Positions 18,553 to 26,967 of a stretch of 64,000 nt of DNA are shown piece by piece. The notes below the pieces were generated by a model. It searched no databases and was not told the origin of the DNA. It was given only the letters and a program-made list of their open reading frames with translations. The translations under genes and the position numbers were made by a program. Position 1 is the stretch's first letter; every line of letters begins with the position of its first letter. Where the stretch lies: IMG/VR virus record IMGVR_UViG_3300044612_001963, positions 419 to 64,418 of that record, one strand, 5' to 3'. The stretch comes from a virus. Its lineage: Duplodnaviria > Caudoviricetes.

Positions 18553-19340
18553 CCGCAACCACCTTCCCCACCCCCACCGCGATCAGCGAGGATCTGATCA
18601 CCGCCAACCTCGGCCTGGCACGGCAGTCCGCCTGGCGGTTCCATCGCAAGACCGGCCAGCCCTATGACGAGCTGGAGGCGATTGCCTACGTCGGCCTGAT
18701 CCGTGGCTGCCGGCGGTATGACCCCGACCGCCTCAACCCAGGTTCAGGCAAGCCCTACGCCTTGTCCACCATCGTGGTGCCGTTCATCCAAGGGGAGATC
18801 CTGCACTGGTTCCGCGATCGTGGGTTCGCCATGAAGTTTCCAACAAAGTGGCGGGAGAAGTGGGGCAAGGTGCAGCGCCTGATGAGTGATCCCGACCTGA
18901 CCGCTCAGGATGTTGCCGAGCGCTCAGGCCTCACCATCGCTGATCTCACAGAGATGCTTGGCGCGATGACCGGCACCGCCAACCTTGACGATATCCATGG
19001 CGCTGATGGTTACGACGTACCTGAGCTGGAGCTGCCCCGCATTGATCCGCTCAAGGATCTGGTCAACACCGCATGGGGGAACATTCATTCTGCCGATCGC
19101 GGGCTGCTGCTGAAGTGGTGGGCCAACCCCAGACGTTTGGCATACCCTGCCGGGCCGATGGAGCAGTTCCACCGCCGGGTGAAGGCAATCCTGCAGGGCC
19201 GGCGGCTGTCGGAGGTGCTGCAGCTGGGTCTACAGATCACCGTGCCGCTGGTCACGCCTGAGCCGAAGGCACCTAGGCGGAAGCGGTCGCGGAAGGCGCT
19301 GGAGGCAGCGGCGCTGCAGCTGGGGCTCATCGTCGCCTGA
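18549..19340 (+). CDS. Phage RNA polymerase sigma factor (SigF/SigB-like regions 2-3, degenerate region 4)
   Basis: ANLGLARQSAWRF..LEAIAYVGLIRGCRRYDP..LSTIVVPFIQGEILHWFRD (region 2); TAQDVAERSGL (region 3). Confidence 0.88.
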   Translation: MTATTFPTPTAISEDLITANLGLARQSAWRFHRKTGQPYDELEAIAYVGLIRGCRRYDPDRLNPGSGKPYALSTIVVPFIQGEILHWFRDRGFAMKFPTKWREKWGKVQRLMSDPDLTAQDVAERSGLTIADLTEMLGAMTGTANLDDIHGADGYDVPELELPRIDPLKDLVNTAWGNIHSADRGLLLKWWANPRRLAYPAGPMEQFHRRVKAILQGRRLSEVLQLGLQITVPLVTPEPKAPRRKRSRKALEAAALQLGLIVA

Positions 19341-19343
19341 ACC

Positions 19344-19373
19344 GTTGCCATTGCCCAACCGCAATGGTAGGAT
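19344..19373 (+). promoter_or_regulatory. Operator plus sigma70 promoter
   Basis: GTTGCCATTGCCCAACCGCAAT; TTGCCA-17-TAGGAT. Confidence 0.7.
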
Positions 19374-19396
19374 TTATGGCAATTGCCCACCAACCT

Positions 19397-19681
19397 ATGA
19401 AGCCCATCACGCTTCAAACGCCCAATGCTATCGAGGTGTTGATCCATTGCCACTGCTGCCCCGAGCCCCATCCCAGGATTGATGCGCCTGCCGTCAGGGA
19501 CGCACTGCAATGTTTGCAAGAATGCGGCGCGATCACGACCCACAAAGAGCCAGGCAGGTGGATGACAACTGCTCTCGGCGCCGCTTGGCTGCATGCACTG
19601 TGCCGGGTGCCGATCCCCACTACGAGGAAGTTTTTTGTGGATGCCGATGGCGGGCTACTGGGGGAATTCCCGGACGTCTAG
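19397..19681 (+). CDS. Hypothetical protein
   Basis: First ATG downstream of the promoter at 19345-19373. Confidence 0.5.
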   Translation: MKPITLQTPNAIEVLIHCHCCPEPHPRIDAPAVRDALQCLQECGAITTHKEPGRWMTTALGAAWLHALCRVPIPTTRKFFVDADGGLLGEFPDV

Positions 19682-19769
19682 CTTGGGTTTGCAAGACCAT
19701 CAACTGTTAGAGGTACTGCAGCTGGGGCTGCTGGTTGCATGACGGATTGTGAACCGGCCTGCCCGAAGG

Positions 19770-19799
19770 TTGCCAGTCTGTCCGCCACGGGTTACAGTG
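19770..19799 (+). promoter_or_regulatory. Repeated promoter element, copy 1
   Basis: TTGCCA-17-TACAGT; 21-bp TGTCCGCCACGGGTTACAGTG identical at 20872. Confidence 0.65.
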
Positions 19800-19847
19800 T
19801 GATCACAGGGGCGAGAGAGCCCCGCCCACCACACCACCGCACCAGCC

Positions 19848-20198
19848 ATGACCACTACCTTCAAGTTTTTCTGGAACGGCATCAAAGTCAACAACGGACC
19901 CCTGCAGAAAGCCAGCTTCAGCATCGGCAACACCCTGAATCACCCCCAAGGCACGATCACCATCTACGCCAAGAACTACCGCCGTTTTTCTGCTGAGGTG
20001 TGGGAGGCCTTTGACGTTCAGAACGATTCCGACAGCATGACTGACTACTTCGAGACAGACCGGATTCGCGTCCGCCCTGATCACCCCTTCTACGCTCAGG
20101 CGCTCAAGGCGGTGCATGCCTCTGATGCCCACCACGCCAAGATGCAAGCCAAGCGGGAAGAGCGCTGGGCCCAGCGTCGCCAGCTGGCCGCCGCCTAA
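19848..20198 (+). CDS. Hypothetical protein (island 1)
   Basis: CACCACACCACC leader; clean ORF. Confidence 0.7.
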   Translation: MTTTFKFFWNGIKVNNGPLQKASFSIGNTLNHPQGTITIYAKNYRRFSAEVWEAFDVQNDSDSMTDYFETDRIRVRPDHPFYAQALKAVHASDAHHAKMQAKREERWAQRRQLAAA

Positions 20199-20209
20199 CC
20201 CACCCCACG

Positions 20210-20230
20210 GCCCGCCGGAGCCTATCCGGC
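20210..20230 (+). repeat. Intergenic hairpin repeat
   Basis: GCCCGCCGGAGCCTATCCGGC; relatives at 21339, 23008, 27991, 28232, 28521. Confidence 0.65.
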
Positions 20231-20254
20231 GCCTACCCCACCACTCCACCAGCC

Positions 20255-20626
20255 ATGCAAGCGCTCTACATCACTGACGAGATCGACACCTGCGACTGCT
20301 GCGGTCGCACTGATCTAAAAGCCACTGTCGCTATGAAACTCAGCGATGGCGGGATCTTGCATTACGGCCGCACCTGTGCAGCACGTAATAGCGGCAAGAC
20401 CAGCAAGCAAATCAAACAAGAAGTGTTTGCCGAAGAGGCTCGCCAACGGAACCGCAAAGCAAAGATGGCATCATGCGCCAAAGCGTTCACTGCCTGGCAG
20501 TCTGAAGATCTGAGTTGCCTAGACCTCCAAGTGCAGCGAAAGAACTACCACCAGACAGGTGGCCACCAAGTACACGGCAACTTCCCCGAATGGCTGCGCA
20601 GCAGAGCGCTCGGCCTGTCGATCTGA
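20255..20626 (+). CDS. Hypothetical Cys-motif protein
   Basis: TCDCCGRTDLKATV..HYGRTCA. Confidence 0.7.
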   Translation: MQALYITDEIDTCDCCGRTDLKATVAMKLSDGGILHYGRTCAARNSGKTSKQIKQEVFAEEARQRNRKAKMASCAKAFTAWQSEDLSCLDLQVQRKNYHQTGGHQVHGNFPEWLRSRALGLSI

Positions 20627-20632
20627 ACTGAC

Positions 20633-20845
20633 ATGCCCCGCCAACCCAGCCGCGAGAAAACCCAGCGATTCCGCCTCCGCCAGGCTGGTGATCTCCCCGC
20701 CCTACCCACCTGCCCCCAGTGCGGCCGCACCGTGATCAGCGACCGCACGGCGCCCCTGTGTAGCAGGTGCTGGAAGCTGACGCCTGAGGGCAGGGCTGCT
20801 GACGCTGAGCGGAAACGGCAAGCCCGGAAACGTGACGCTGTGTGA
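20633..20845 (+). CDS. Small basic Zn-finger protein
   Basis: CPQC..CSRC flanked by Arg-rich segments. Confidence 0.6.
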   Translation: MPRQPSREKTQRFRLRQAGDLPALPTCPQCGRTVISDRTAPLCSRCWKLTPEGRAADAERKRQARKRDAV

Positions 20846-20871
20846 ACTGGCTGCTGCTGTGCTCGCGCTGG

Positions 20872-20892
20872 TGTCCGCCACGGGTTACAGTG
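20872..20892 (+). promoter_or_regulatory. Repeated promoter element, copy 2
   Basis: Identical 21-mer to 19779-19799, contains -10-like TACAGT. Confidence 0.65.
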
Positions 20893-20936
20893 AGGGGACC
20901 GAACCGGAACGGTTCACCACCACACCACCACCAGCC

Positions 20937-21329
20937 ATGGCCGTTACCAAACTCCGCAACGCCACCTGCACCTGCCCCTTCTGCGGTGGCTCCGGCAAGC
21001 TCCCACATTTCTCCCACATACAGAACGGCGACTGCTTTGCCTGCGGTGCTACCGGCAAGCTGCGCGATCTCAATGCTTTCATCGGTGACAACTCAGATCT
21101 GCTGCTGACCGTCTGGGTTAACAACGGCACTTTCAGCGGTGCTGAGCTGCGGCGCCGCACATGGAAGCTCAGCAAGTGCTCAGTTGGCTCTGGCAGCAAT
21201 CAGACCATCGGAATCTCTAAGACATGGGGTCGCGACAGCTTCTACCGAGTGATCGAATCGGTTGATGAGGCCCGCGAGATCTGGCGGAATGCCAAGCGGC
21301 TGGGCATCATCACCGAGCTGGTGGACTGA
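20937..21329 (+). CDS. Hypothetical protein with a CxxCxGxG Zn finger
   Basis: CPFCGGSG..CFACGATG; CACCAC leader. Confidence 0.7.
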   Translation: MAVTKLRNATCTCPFCGGSGKLPHFSHIQNGDCFACGATGKLRDLNAFIGDNSDLLLTVWVNNGTFSGAELRRRTWKLSKCSVGSGSNQTIGISKTWGRDSFYRVIESVDEAREIWRNAKRLGIITELVD

Positions 21330-21384
21330 CCCACCACAGCCCGCCGGGGGCTCACCCCGGCACCACCACACCGCTAACACCACC

Positions 21385-21561
21385 ATGGCCCACGCAACCA
21401 CAGATACAGACGCTCTCCTGGCGGAGATCGATGCCGCAGTGAAGGCCTACAGCGCATCCATCGATCGGGGCCTGGCGCTGGCGGCTGAGATGCACCAGTT
21501 GGCCGACACGATCGACGGCGGCATGGCCGATGCCCGCGCCGAGCTTGATGAGTGGTGGTGA
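21385..21561 (+). CDS. Hypothetical protein
   Basis: Preceded by the hairpin repeat and CACCAC leader. Confidence 0.6.
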   Translation: MAHATTDTDALLAEIDAAVKAYSASIDRGLALAAEMHQLADTIDGGMADARAELDEWW

Positions 21562-21589
21562 CCGATGGCGCTGCATATTGGCTGCAGCC

Positions 21590-21620
21590 GTTGCCGTTGC
21601 CCAACCGCAACCCTTACGCT
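21590..21620 (+). promoter_or_regulatory. Operator plus promoter
   Basis: GTTGCCGTTGCCCAACCGCAAC; TTGCCG-18-TACGCT. Confidence 0.65.
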
Positions 21621-21651
21621 GTGAACACCACCACACCACCACTGCTATGCC

Positions 21652-21801
21652 ATGGACTCCCTACTTGAGTTCGACACTGAGGCCGAGGCCCATGCCCTTG
21701 GCGCCGTCTACGTCCACGACAACCCAGGCGCGTGGTTCCGCGTCGAGCGGCTGCCTGATGGCCGCTACCGGTTGGTGGTTGAGGATCCGCCGGTAGCCTG
21801 A
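21652..21801 (+). CDS. Hypothetical protein (49 aa)
   Basis: MDSLLEFDTEAEAHALG..; follows the promoter and CACCAC leader. Confidence 0.55.
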   Translation: MDSLLEFDTEAEAHALGAVYVHDNPGAWFRVERLPDGRYRLVVEDPPVA

Positions 21802-21806
21802 TGCTG

Positions 21807-21888
21807 CCGGGTCGGTCCTACCCGTAAGGATGGACGCGGTGGCGGAGTTTCGTTGAGCTCTGCCTGGAACCGTACCGAAGGCCCGGTT
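21807..21888 (+). ncRNA. Candidate three-helix structured RNA
   Basis: GCCGGG-TCGGT/ACCGA-CCCGGT closing stem; inner GCGGT/ACCGT and GGCGGAG/CTCTGCC; intergenic. Confidence 0.5.
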
Positions 21889-21900
21889 TCATTCCGGCGA

Positions 21901-21925
21901 GGGGTTGGCGTTGCCGGCCCCTTTT
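21901..21925 (+). terminator. Terminator or attenuator hairpin
   Basis: GGGGTTGGC-gtt-GCCGGCCCC followed by TTTT. Confidence 0.55.
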
Positions 21926-21986
21926 CTATGGGCTATGCTCGAAATGTCCAGCAGAGGTGCTGGGCATCATCAACGGAGCATTTCAA

Positions 21987-22175
21987 ATGAAGACCTGCAC
22001 GCCGTCCCCCGCGTGGGACTGTGGCCCCTTTGCGGACGCGATGGATCGCGCCCTTTGGGAGCTGGGCTATCCCAACGACTTTGACACCGTGGCCGATGCA
22101 CAGGCCGCTGTCGATCACGCCATGCGCGTCTATCCGCAGCTGCTCAGCCTGTCCATCGTCATGACGGAGGCCTGA
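21987..22175 (+). CDS. Hypothetical protein
   Basis: Small ORF ending 3 bp before the KilA-N gene. Confidence 0.5.
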   Translation: MKTCTPSPAWDCGPFADAMDRALWELGYPNDFDTVADAQAAVDHAMRVYPQLLSLSIVMTEA

Positions 22176-22178
22176 GCG

Positions 22179-22967
22179 ATGCGCACCTTCACCCGTGACT
22201 GCCCCTGCTGTGGGGCCACCTTCACCGCCAAGCACCAGGCCGCCAAGTGGTGCAGCAGCCGCTGCAGCATGCGTGCCTACCAACGCCGCCGTCGTGGCGC
22301 ACCGGAGGCCGATCCTGGCGCCGCCCTGGTGGCTGCGGTGGTTCAGCCGCAGATTCTTGATGACGTGGAGATGCCCGCCGCGTGGGCCTATCCCGAACCG
22401 AACGTGGCCAATGGCCTGGAATCCCGCTACTGGCATGGCACCGCGATCGAGCGGCGGCAGGCCGATGGGTTCGTGAATGCCACGGCGATGTGTCAGGCCA
22501 ACGGCAGGGAGTGGTTCACCTACGCCCGCTCTGAGCGCACCAGGGAGTACGTGGCAGCGCTGGCAAGCCACCTGGGTGGGTCGCCGCAAATCTGCGGTGG
22601 CCTCTCAGATGGGTCACCGCAAAATCCGGGGACGCTGATTCAGTCCATCACCACCGGGCCCAACCACCTACGCGGCACCTGGGTTCACCCACGCCTCGCC
22701 GTTGACCTCGCCCGTTGGATCTCCCCAGCCTTCGCCGTATGGATGGACGGCTGGTTCCTGGAGTCCCTCACCCAGCCCCAGCGCCCTGCACTACCCAAGG
22801 GCGTGCACGTCGTGGCCGACACCCACCGCGAGGCCTGTCAGCTCTGGTGGGATGCCATCAGGTCCGAAGTCTCAGGCGCCCTCGCTTGCCGCCTGAACCC
22901 AGCACACCGCAGCGATGCAGGGCTGCCGCTCTCCAGCACCTACAGCTGGCAACCCAGCCTGATCTGA
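22179..22967 (+). CDS. KilA-N domain protein (antirepressor-like) with N-terminal Zn finger
   Basis: DGFVNATAMCQANGREW..GTWVHPRLAVDLARWISPAF; CPCC..WCSSRC. Confidence 0.88.
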   Translation: MRTFTRDCPCCGATFTAKHQAAKWCSSRCSMRAYQRRRRGAPEADPGAALVAAVVQPQILDDVEMPAAWAYPEPNVANGLESRYWHGTAIERRQADGFVNATAMCQANGREWFTYARSERTREYVAALASHLGGSPQICGGLSDGSPQNPGTLIQSITTGPNHLRGTWVHPRLAVDLARWISPAFAVWMDGWFLESLTQPQRPALPKGVHVVADTHREACQLWWDAIRSEVSGALACRLNPAHRSDAGLPLSSTYSWQPSLI

Positions 22968-23071
22968 ACGCCCCAACCACACACCATCGGAAACCTGACC
23001 CAGCAACACCCGCCAGGCCTCTCAACGATGCCCAAACCGGCGGGTCACTCTTTTACCACCACCACTACGCC

Positions 23072-23278
23072 ATGACCAAAGACCCGCTCTGGCTGCGCCT
23101 GCGCAACCATCCCAGCCTGTTCTGCCTGCACCCGACGCCATCACAGCTGGCGGTGCTGCTGCGGCAGATCGTGGCCGAGGTCTACGACCAGGACATGTGG
23201 GACTGGGGCGAGGTTGCGGAATGGCTGGATGCAGAGGCGGCGGTTGCTGATGCTGCAGCGGAGGGGCGCAATGCCTGA
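23072..23278 (+). CDS. Hypothetical protein
   Basis: ACCACCACCAC leader; ATG 23072. Confidence 0.55.
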   Translation: MTKDPLWLRLRNHPSLFCLHPTPSQLAVLLRQIVAEVYDQDMWDWGEVAEWLDAEAAVADAAAEGRNA

Positions 23279-23483
23279 GCAGGCTGCCTGCACTTGCGGG
23301 CGGATCAGGATCGGCACTCAGCTATCCGATCACTTGGCTTGGCGATCTACCTGCTCAGTTCATGGCTCTGCATCGCGTTGGTACAACTCGCCTGAGCAGG
23401 TAGATCGCCGAGAGCAGCAGCGCGTCAGGCTGAGAGCCCTGCAGATGGAGGCTGCCGCTGCGCGGGCCAGGCTGGCAACCTAA
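23271..23483 (+). CDS. Hypothetical protein
   Basis: GGAGGGG RBS; overlaps the previous ORF. Confidence 0.5.
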   Translation: MPEQAACTCGRIRIGTQLSDHLAWRSTCSVHGSASRWYNSPEQVDRREQQRVRLRALQMEAAAARARLAT

Positions 23484-23526
23484 CACGACAGAGCCCAGGC
23501 CCCTGCTCCGCACGCCTGGGCCTTCC

Positions 23527-23601
23527 CACCCAGTCCGAGCCAACTGGACAGGACGGCTCCGCTGCTGCGGGGCGATGCGGGTTCGATTCCCGCCTGGGTG
23601 C
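23527..23601 (+). tRNA. tRNA-like element (degenerate D arm and anticodon loop)
   Basis: Perfect 7-bp acceptor CACCCAG/CTGGGTG and T arm GCGGG-TTCGATT-CCCGC; anticodon loop is not 7 nt. Confidence 0.55.
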
Positions 23602-23637
23602 TTCCTCGGCCATGCTGGTGATAGCCCACCCACCAGC

Positions 23638-24147
23638 ATGAAACCCACCATCTGGCTAATCCCTGCCGCTGCACTCGGCATCGCAACAGCTATCGCCAGC
23701 CTTGCCTTCCTGCCAATCGGCCGGCCGTCGGCACAGTACGCACCGCCGGTTATGCCACCGCCGCCACGTGATCAGCCGCCTGCAGTCGAAGCGCAACCAC
23801 CAGCCGCTCCAGTCACCAAAATCCCTGATCTGCAGCCGGATGCTCCGCCACCGCAGCAACAGCTGCCGCCAGTTGTTCGCAATCAGCCAGCACCAAAGCC
23901 AGTAACGGTTAACCCTGAGCAAAGGTTGTATCAGCAAGAGATCAGTAGTCTCGCCAGCTCGGTTGATTTCAAGACCAAAGCCGCTAAAGAGTTGATGGCC
24001 ATTGGATCGCTCTCATCGGCAGAGCGCTACCTAATCGAGGGCAAAGCGCAGAACGCCATCAGGGGCTGCCTTCTGAACCAACAACAGCGAGGCGTCCCCT
24101 TCTACCAAGGCAAGGCAACCTGCGCGGCCGCTGAGCCCGCTCCCTGA
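23638..24147 (+). CDS. Membrane-anchored Pro/Gln-rich protein
   Basis: N-terminal hydrophobic helix, Pro-rich linker, C-terminal domain with a Cys pair. Confidence 0.6.
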   Translation: MKPTIWLIPAAALGIATAIASLAFLPIGRPSAQYAPPVMPPPPRDQPPAVEAQPPAAPVTKIPDLQPDAPPPQQQLPPVVRNQPAPKPVTVNPEQRLYQQEISSLASSVDFKTKAAKELMAIGSLSSAERYLIEGKAQNAIRGCLLNQQQRGVPFYQGKATCAAAEPAP

Positions 24148-24150
24148 ACC

Positions 24151-24158
24151 GGAAAACT
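24151..24158 (+). promoter_or_regulatory. Putative late promoter motif (portal)
   Basis: GGAAAACT 23 bp before the portal start. Confidence 0.65.
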
Positions 24159-24181
24159 CCCATGACGGCCAGGCGTGGGCA

Positions 24182-25636
24182 GTGCAGCTCGATCTCGATC
24201 ATCCATCCAACGATCCACGGCTGCCCAGCTACAGGCACCCAACCCTGCGCGAGCTGCAGGAAGACCTGGACCGCGCTTACGACGCCTTCCACATGCTCCG
24301 TGGCGTCAAATCCAAGTACCTCCCGCAAGAACCAGCAGAACCGGATGATGCCTATCAATCCCGGCTGAACTGCTCCGTCTTCGCTGATTTCTTCCGTAGT
24401 TCCATCGTTGCCTTTACCGGCATCCTCTCCAAGTTCTCGCTGTCCAATCCACCACCGTCCATGGCCGATGCCGTGGACAACATCGACCTAGAAGGCAACA
24501 GCATATCGGTATGGCTAGAAAAAGCCGACACCCTCATGCTCCGTGATGGTGGTGTGCTCCTGGCAGTGGACATGCCCGCCGGTCGGCCGATGAACGCTGC
24601 CGAAGAGATCGCCCAAGGCCGCAGGCCGTATCTCCTCATGCACCCTCGCGCCAAGGTGCTCAACTGGATCGCCGCCCTTGACAATGGCGTCGAAACACTG
24701 CAGCAGGTTGGCATCCTGCTGCTGCAGGAAGAACCCGACCCGCCGTTTGGTGTTCGCACCGTTCCCCGCTACAAGGTCATCACCCGCGAAGGCTGGACGG
24801 TCTACCGCATCGATCGTGATGCCACCAACGAGCTCACCGCCACGATCGAATCCGAGGGCCTGTATCAGACCCCATCCGGCCAGCCGCTACCCTTCCCGCC
24901 CGTGGTCTGGTATCCCGCCGAACATGCCGGGTTTGGCCAGGGTGAGCTGCCGCTCCGGCAGGTGGTGGAGCACAGCATTGAGCATTTCCAGCAACGCTCA
25001 GACCTGCGCAACAAGACCCGCCGCTGCGCGATGCCAGTCCCCGTCGCGATCGGCCGCACGCCACCTGCACCCGGCGAGGCACGCAAGCCGCTGGTGATCG
25101 GGCCCAACAGCATCGTTGATCTCGATGCTGGCGGTTCGTTCTCCTTCGCAGAACCATCAGCCAGCAGCCTGGCGGAACAGCGGGAGCAGATCAAGGAGGT
25201 TGAGAAGCTCATCTCCCGCCAGACACTCGGGTTCCTTTACGGCGATCCGGGCAGCACGAAAACCGCCACGCAGGCGGGCCTTGAAGGTGCGCAAACTGAG
25301 GCGACCATCGCCAGCATCGCTGAGCGCAAGACATCCGCCGTGCAATCGCTCATGCAGATCTGGTGCGCGTTCACCGGTGAGCAGCTCCCCGAAGATGCCG
25401 GCATCGCCATGAGCGCGTCGCTGTTTGAGCGGCCACTGGAAGCAACGGACATCAAACAACTCCAAGACCTAACCGGTGGTGAGCAGCTCGTCTCAGTGCA
25501 GTCCGCAATCGAGGAACTGCAACGCGCCGGCCGGCTCAAGGCCACAACCAGCGTCGAGGACGAAATGGACCGCATCCGTGCAGAACGTCCAGCACCTGCC
25601 GATGACGTGGGCCTGAACGACCTGGGCGAGCTGTAA
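24182..25636 (+). CDS. Portal protein (DUF4055-like)
   Basis: KYLPQEPAEPDDAYQSRL, RPYL, KTATQA motifs; 484 aa; upstream of MuF. Confidence 0.85.
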   Translation: MQLDLDHPSNDPRLPSYRHPTLRELQEDLDRAYDAFHMLRGVKSKYLPQEPAEPDDAYQSRLNCSVFADFFRSSIVAFTGILSKFSLSNPPPSMADAVDNIDLEGNSISVWLEKADTLMLRDGGVLLAVDMPAGRPMNAAEEIAQGRRPYLLMHPRAKVLNWIAALDNGVETLQQVGILLLQEEPDPPFGVRTVPRYKVITREGWTVYRIDRDATNELTATIESEGLYQTPSGQPLPFPPVVWYPAEHAGFGQGELPLRQVVEHSIEHFQQRSDLRNKTRRCAMPVPVAIGRTPPAPGEARKPLVIGPNSIVDLDAGGSFSFAEPSASSLAEQREQIKEVEKLISRQTLGFLYGDPGSTKTATQAGLEGAQTEATIASIAERKTSAVQSLMQIWCAFTGEQLPEDAGIAMSASLFERPLEATDIKQLQDLTGGEQLVSVQSAIEELQRAGRLKATTSVEDEMDRIRAERPAPADDVGLNDLGEL

Positions 25637-25670
25637 CCGGAAACCTAAGCCGTCCCAGACACCACCCACC

Positions 25671-25871
25671 ATGTCTGCCGCAAGCCTCTACGAAGCGCTG
25701 CACAACACCGTCTCGGAGCAGATGGATCTTGACGATCCGCTGTCCATGATGGAAATCGTCGGTGCCATCGAAATGGTGAAGCATGATCTGCTGGTCGCCT
25801 TCGATGATGCCGAGAACGACGACGACCCTGAGCCGATGGATGGCGCGTGCTGCATCCCTGAAGCAGCCTGA
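25671..25871 (+). CDS. Small acidic hypothetical protein
   Basis: GGAAACCT at 25639 and CACCACCCACC leader. Confidence 0.6.
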   Translation: MSAASLYEALHNTVSEQMDLDDPLSMMEIVGAIEMVKHDLLVAFDDAENDDDPEPMDGACCIPEAA

Positions 25872-25878
25872 TCGCTGA

Positions 25879-26967
25879 ATGGCAACACCAGGGCCACGGC
25901 AGCTCACCGGCATCGCTGATGACTACGCCAAAACCCTGGCGGAACTAGAGCGGCGCAGCGTTAACAATACGCTCGCGCTGCTCCGTCGTTCGCTTGACGG
26001 CACGCTCACCACACTTCGCCGGTCGTATAACGCCTACCTGAGCGACATAGGCGGTATCACAACCGACCCTGAAGGGCAGGTCACTCGCCGGCCCGGTGCA
26101 TATACCACCGCTGAATCGACAGCGAAGTTCAGGGCGATCCTGCAGGATGCCCAGCAGTTCATGTCACCCACTGAGGTGGCGTTCTGGCGTGAGGGCTACG
26201 AACGCGACCTACGCGCTGCTACCCAGCTCGGAGGCGACCTGGCAACAGAGCTGATCCGTATGGTCAGCCAGCCGGATTCGATGGTGCCATTCGCTGGTGC
26301 TGATCCCTTGGCTGTACGCGCTGCAGCGTTGAATGCCTCAGCGTTTATCCAGAACGAAACGGCCCGGTTTCGTGCGCAGATGGTGGAGATCGTGGGTGAA
26401 GGCATCGCCCGTGGCTGGGGCCCCACTCGCCTGGAACGCCAGATTCGCGAAGCACTACGCGGCGCCCGTGACCCGAAACGGCTCAACCAACGGCTAGGGC
26501 TTGAGCAGCGTGCTGCGTTGATCGCCAGGTCGGAGCTGGCTACTGCATACGTGAAAGGCAGCCTGCAGCGTGCCCGTGAAAGGGGCGATGGTTACGTGAG
26601 GGTGTTGGCATCGAATGATGAGCGGACCTGCCCGACGTGTGCCAGCAGGAACGGGAGGATCTATCCGGTGGATCGGGCGCCAATTCCGTTTCATCCGCGC
26701 TGCCGATGCGTTGCTATCCCCGTTCCCAACGAGGCTGTCGAGGAATCCGATCCCGAAACGCAGGATGTTTTGCTGGATTCCAAACGCTGGCGAGCTGAAC
26801 ATGAGCGTGGCGTTGAGGCTTACGCCAAAGCGCGAGAGATCAGCATTGAAAAAGCCCGCGCCGAACTGGCACGGGCATTGCGTACACCTACGGCATCAGA
26901 GCGACGGCTGTACCCGAAAGGTCAGCCGTCGCTAGATGAATCGGTGCCGTTGTTCAGAACGGAGTAA
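25879..26967 (+). CDS. MuF / SPP1 gp7-like head morphogenesis protein
   Basis: RAALIARSE..DERTCPTC..PFHPRCRC. Confidence 0.9.
   Translation: MATPGPRQLTGIADDYAKTLAELERRSVNNTLALLRRSLDGTLTTLRRSYNAYLSDIGGITTDPEGQVTRRPGAYTTAESTAKFRAILQDAQQFMSPTEVAFWREGYERDLRAATQLGGDLATELIRMVSQPDSMVPFAGADPLAVRAAALNASAFIQNETARFRAQMVEIVGEGIARGWGPTRLERQIREALRGARDPKRLNQRLGLEQRAALIARSELATAYVKGSLQRARERGDGYVRVLASNDERTCPTCASRNGRIYPVDRAPIPFHPRCRCVAIPVPNEAVEESDPETQDVLLDSKRWRAEHERGVEAYAKAREISIEKARAELARALRTPTASERRLYPKGQPSLDESVPLFRTE

Noticed and set aside
23527-23601. Functional decoding tRNA call
   Set aside because: No 7-nt anticodon loop and a poor D stem; kept only as tRNA-like
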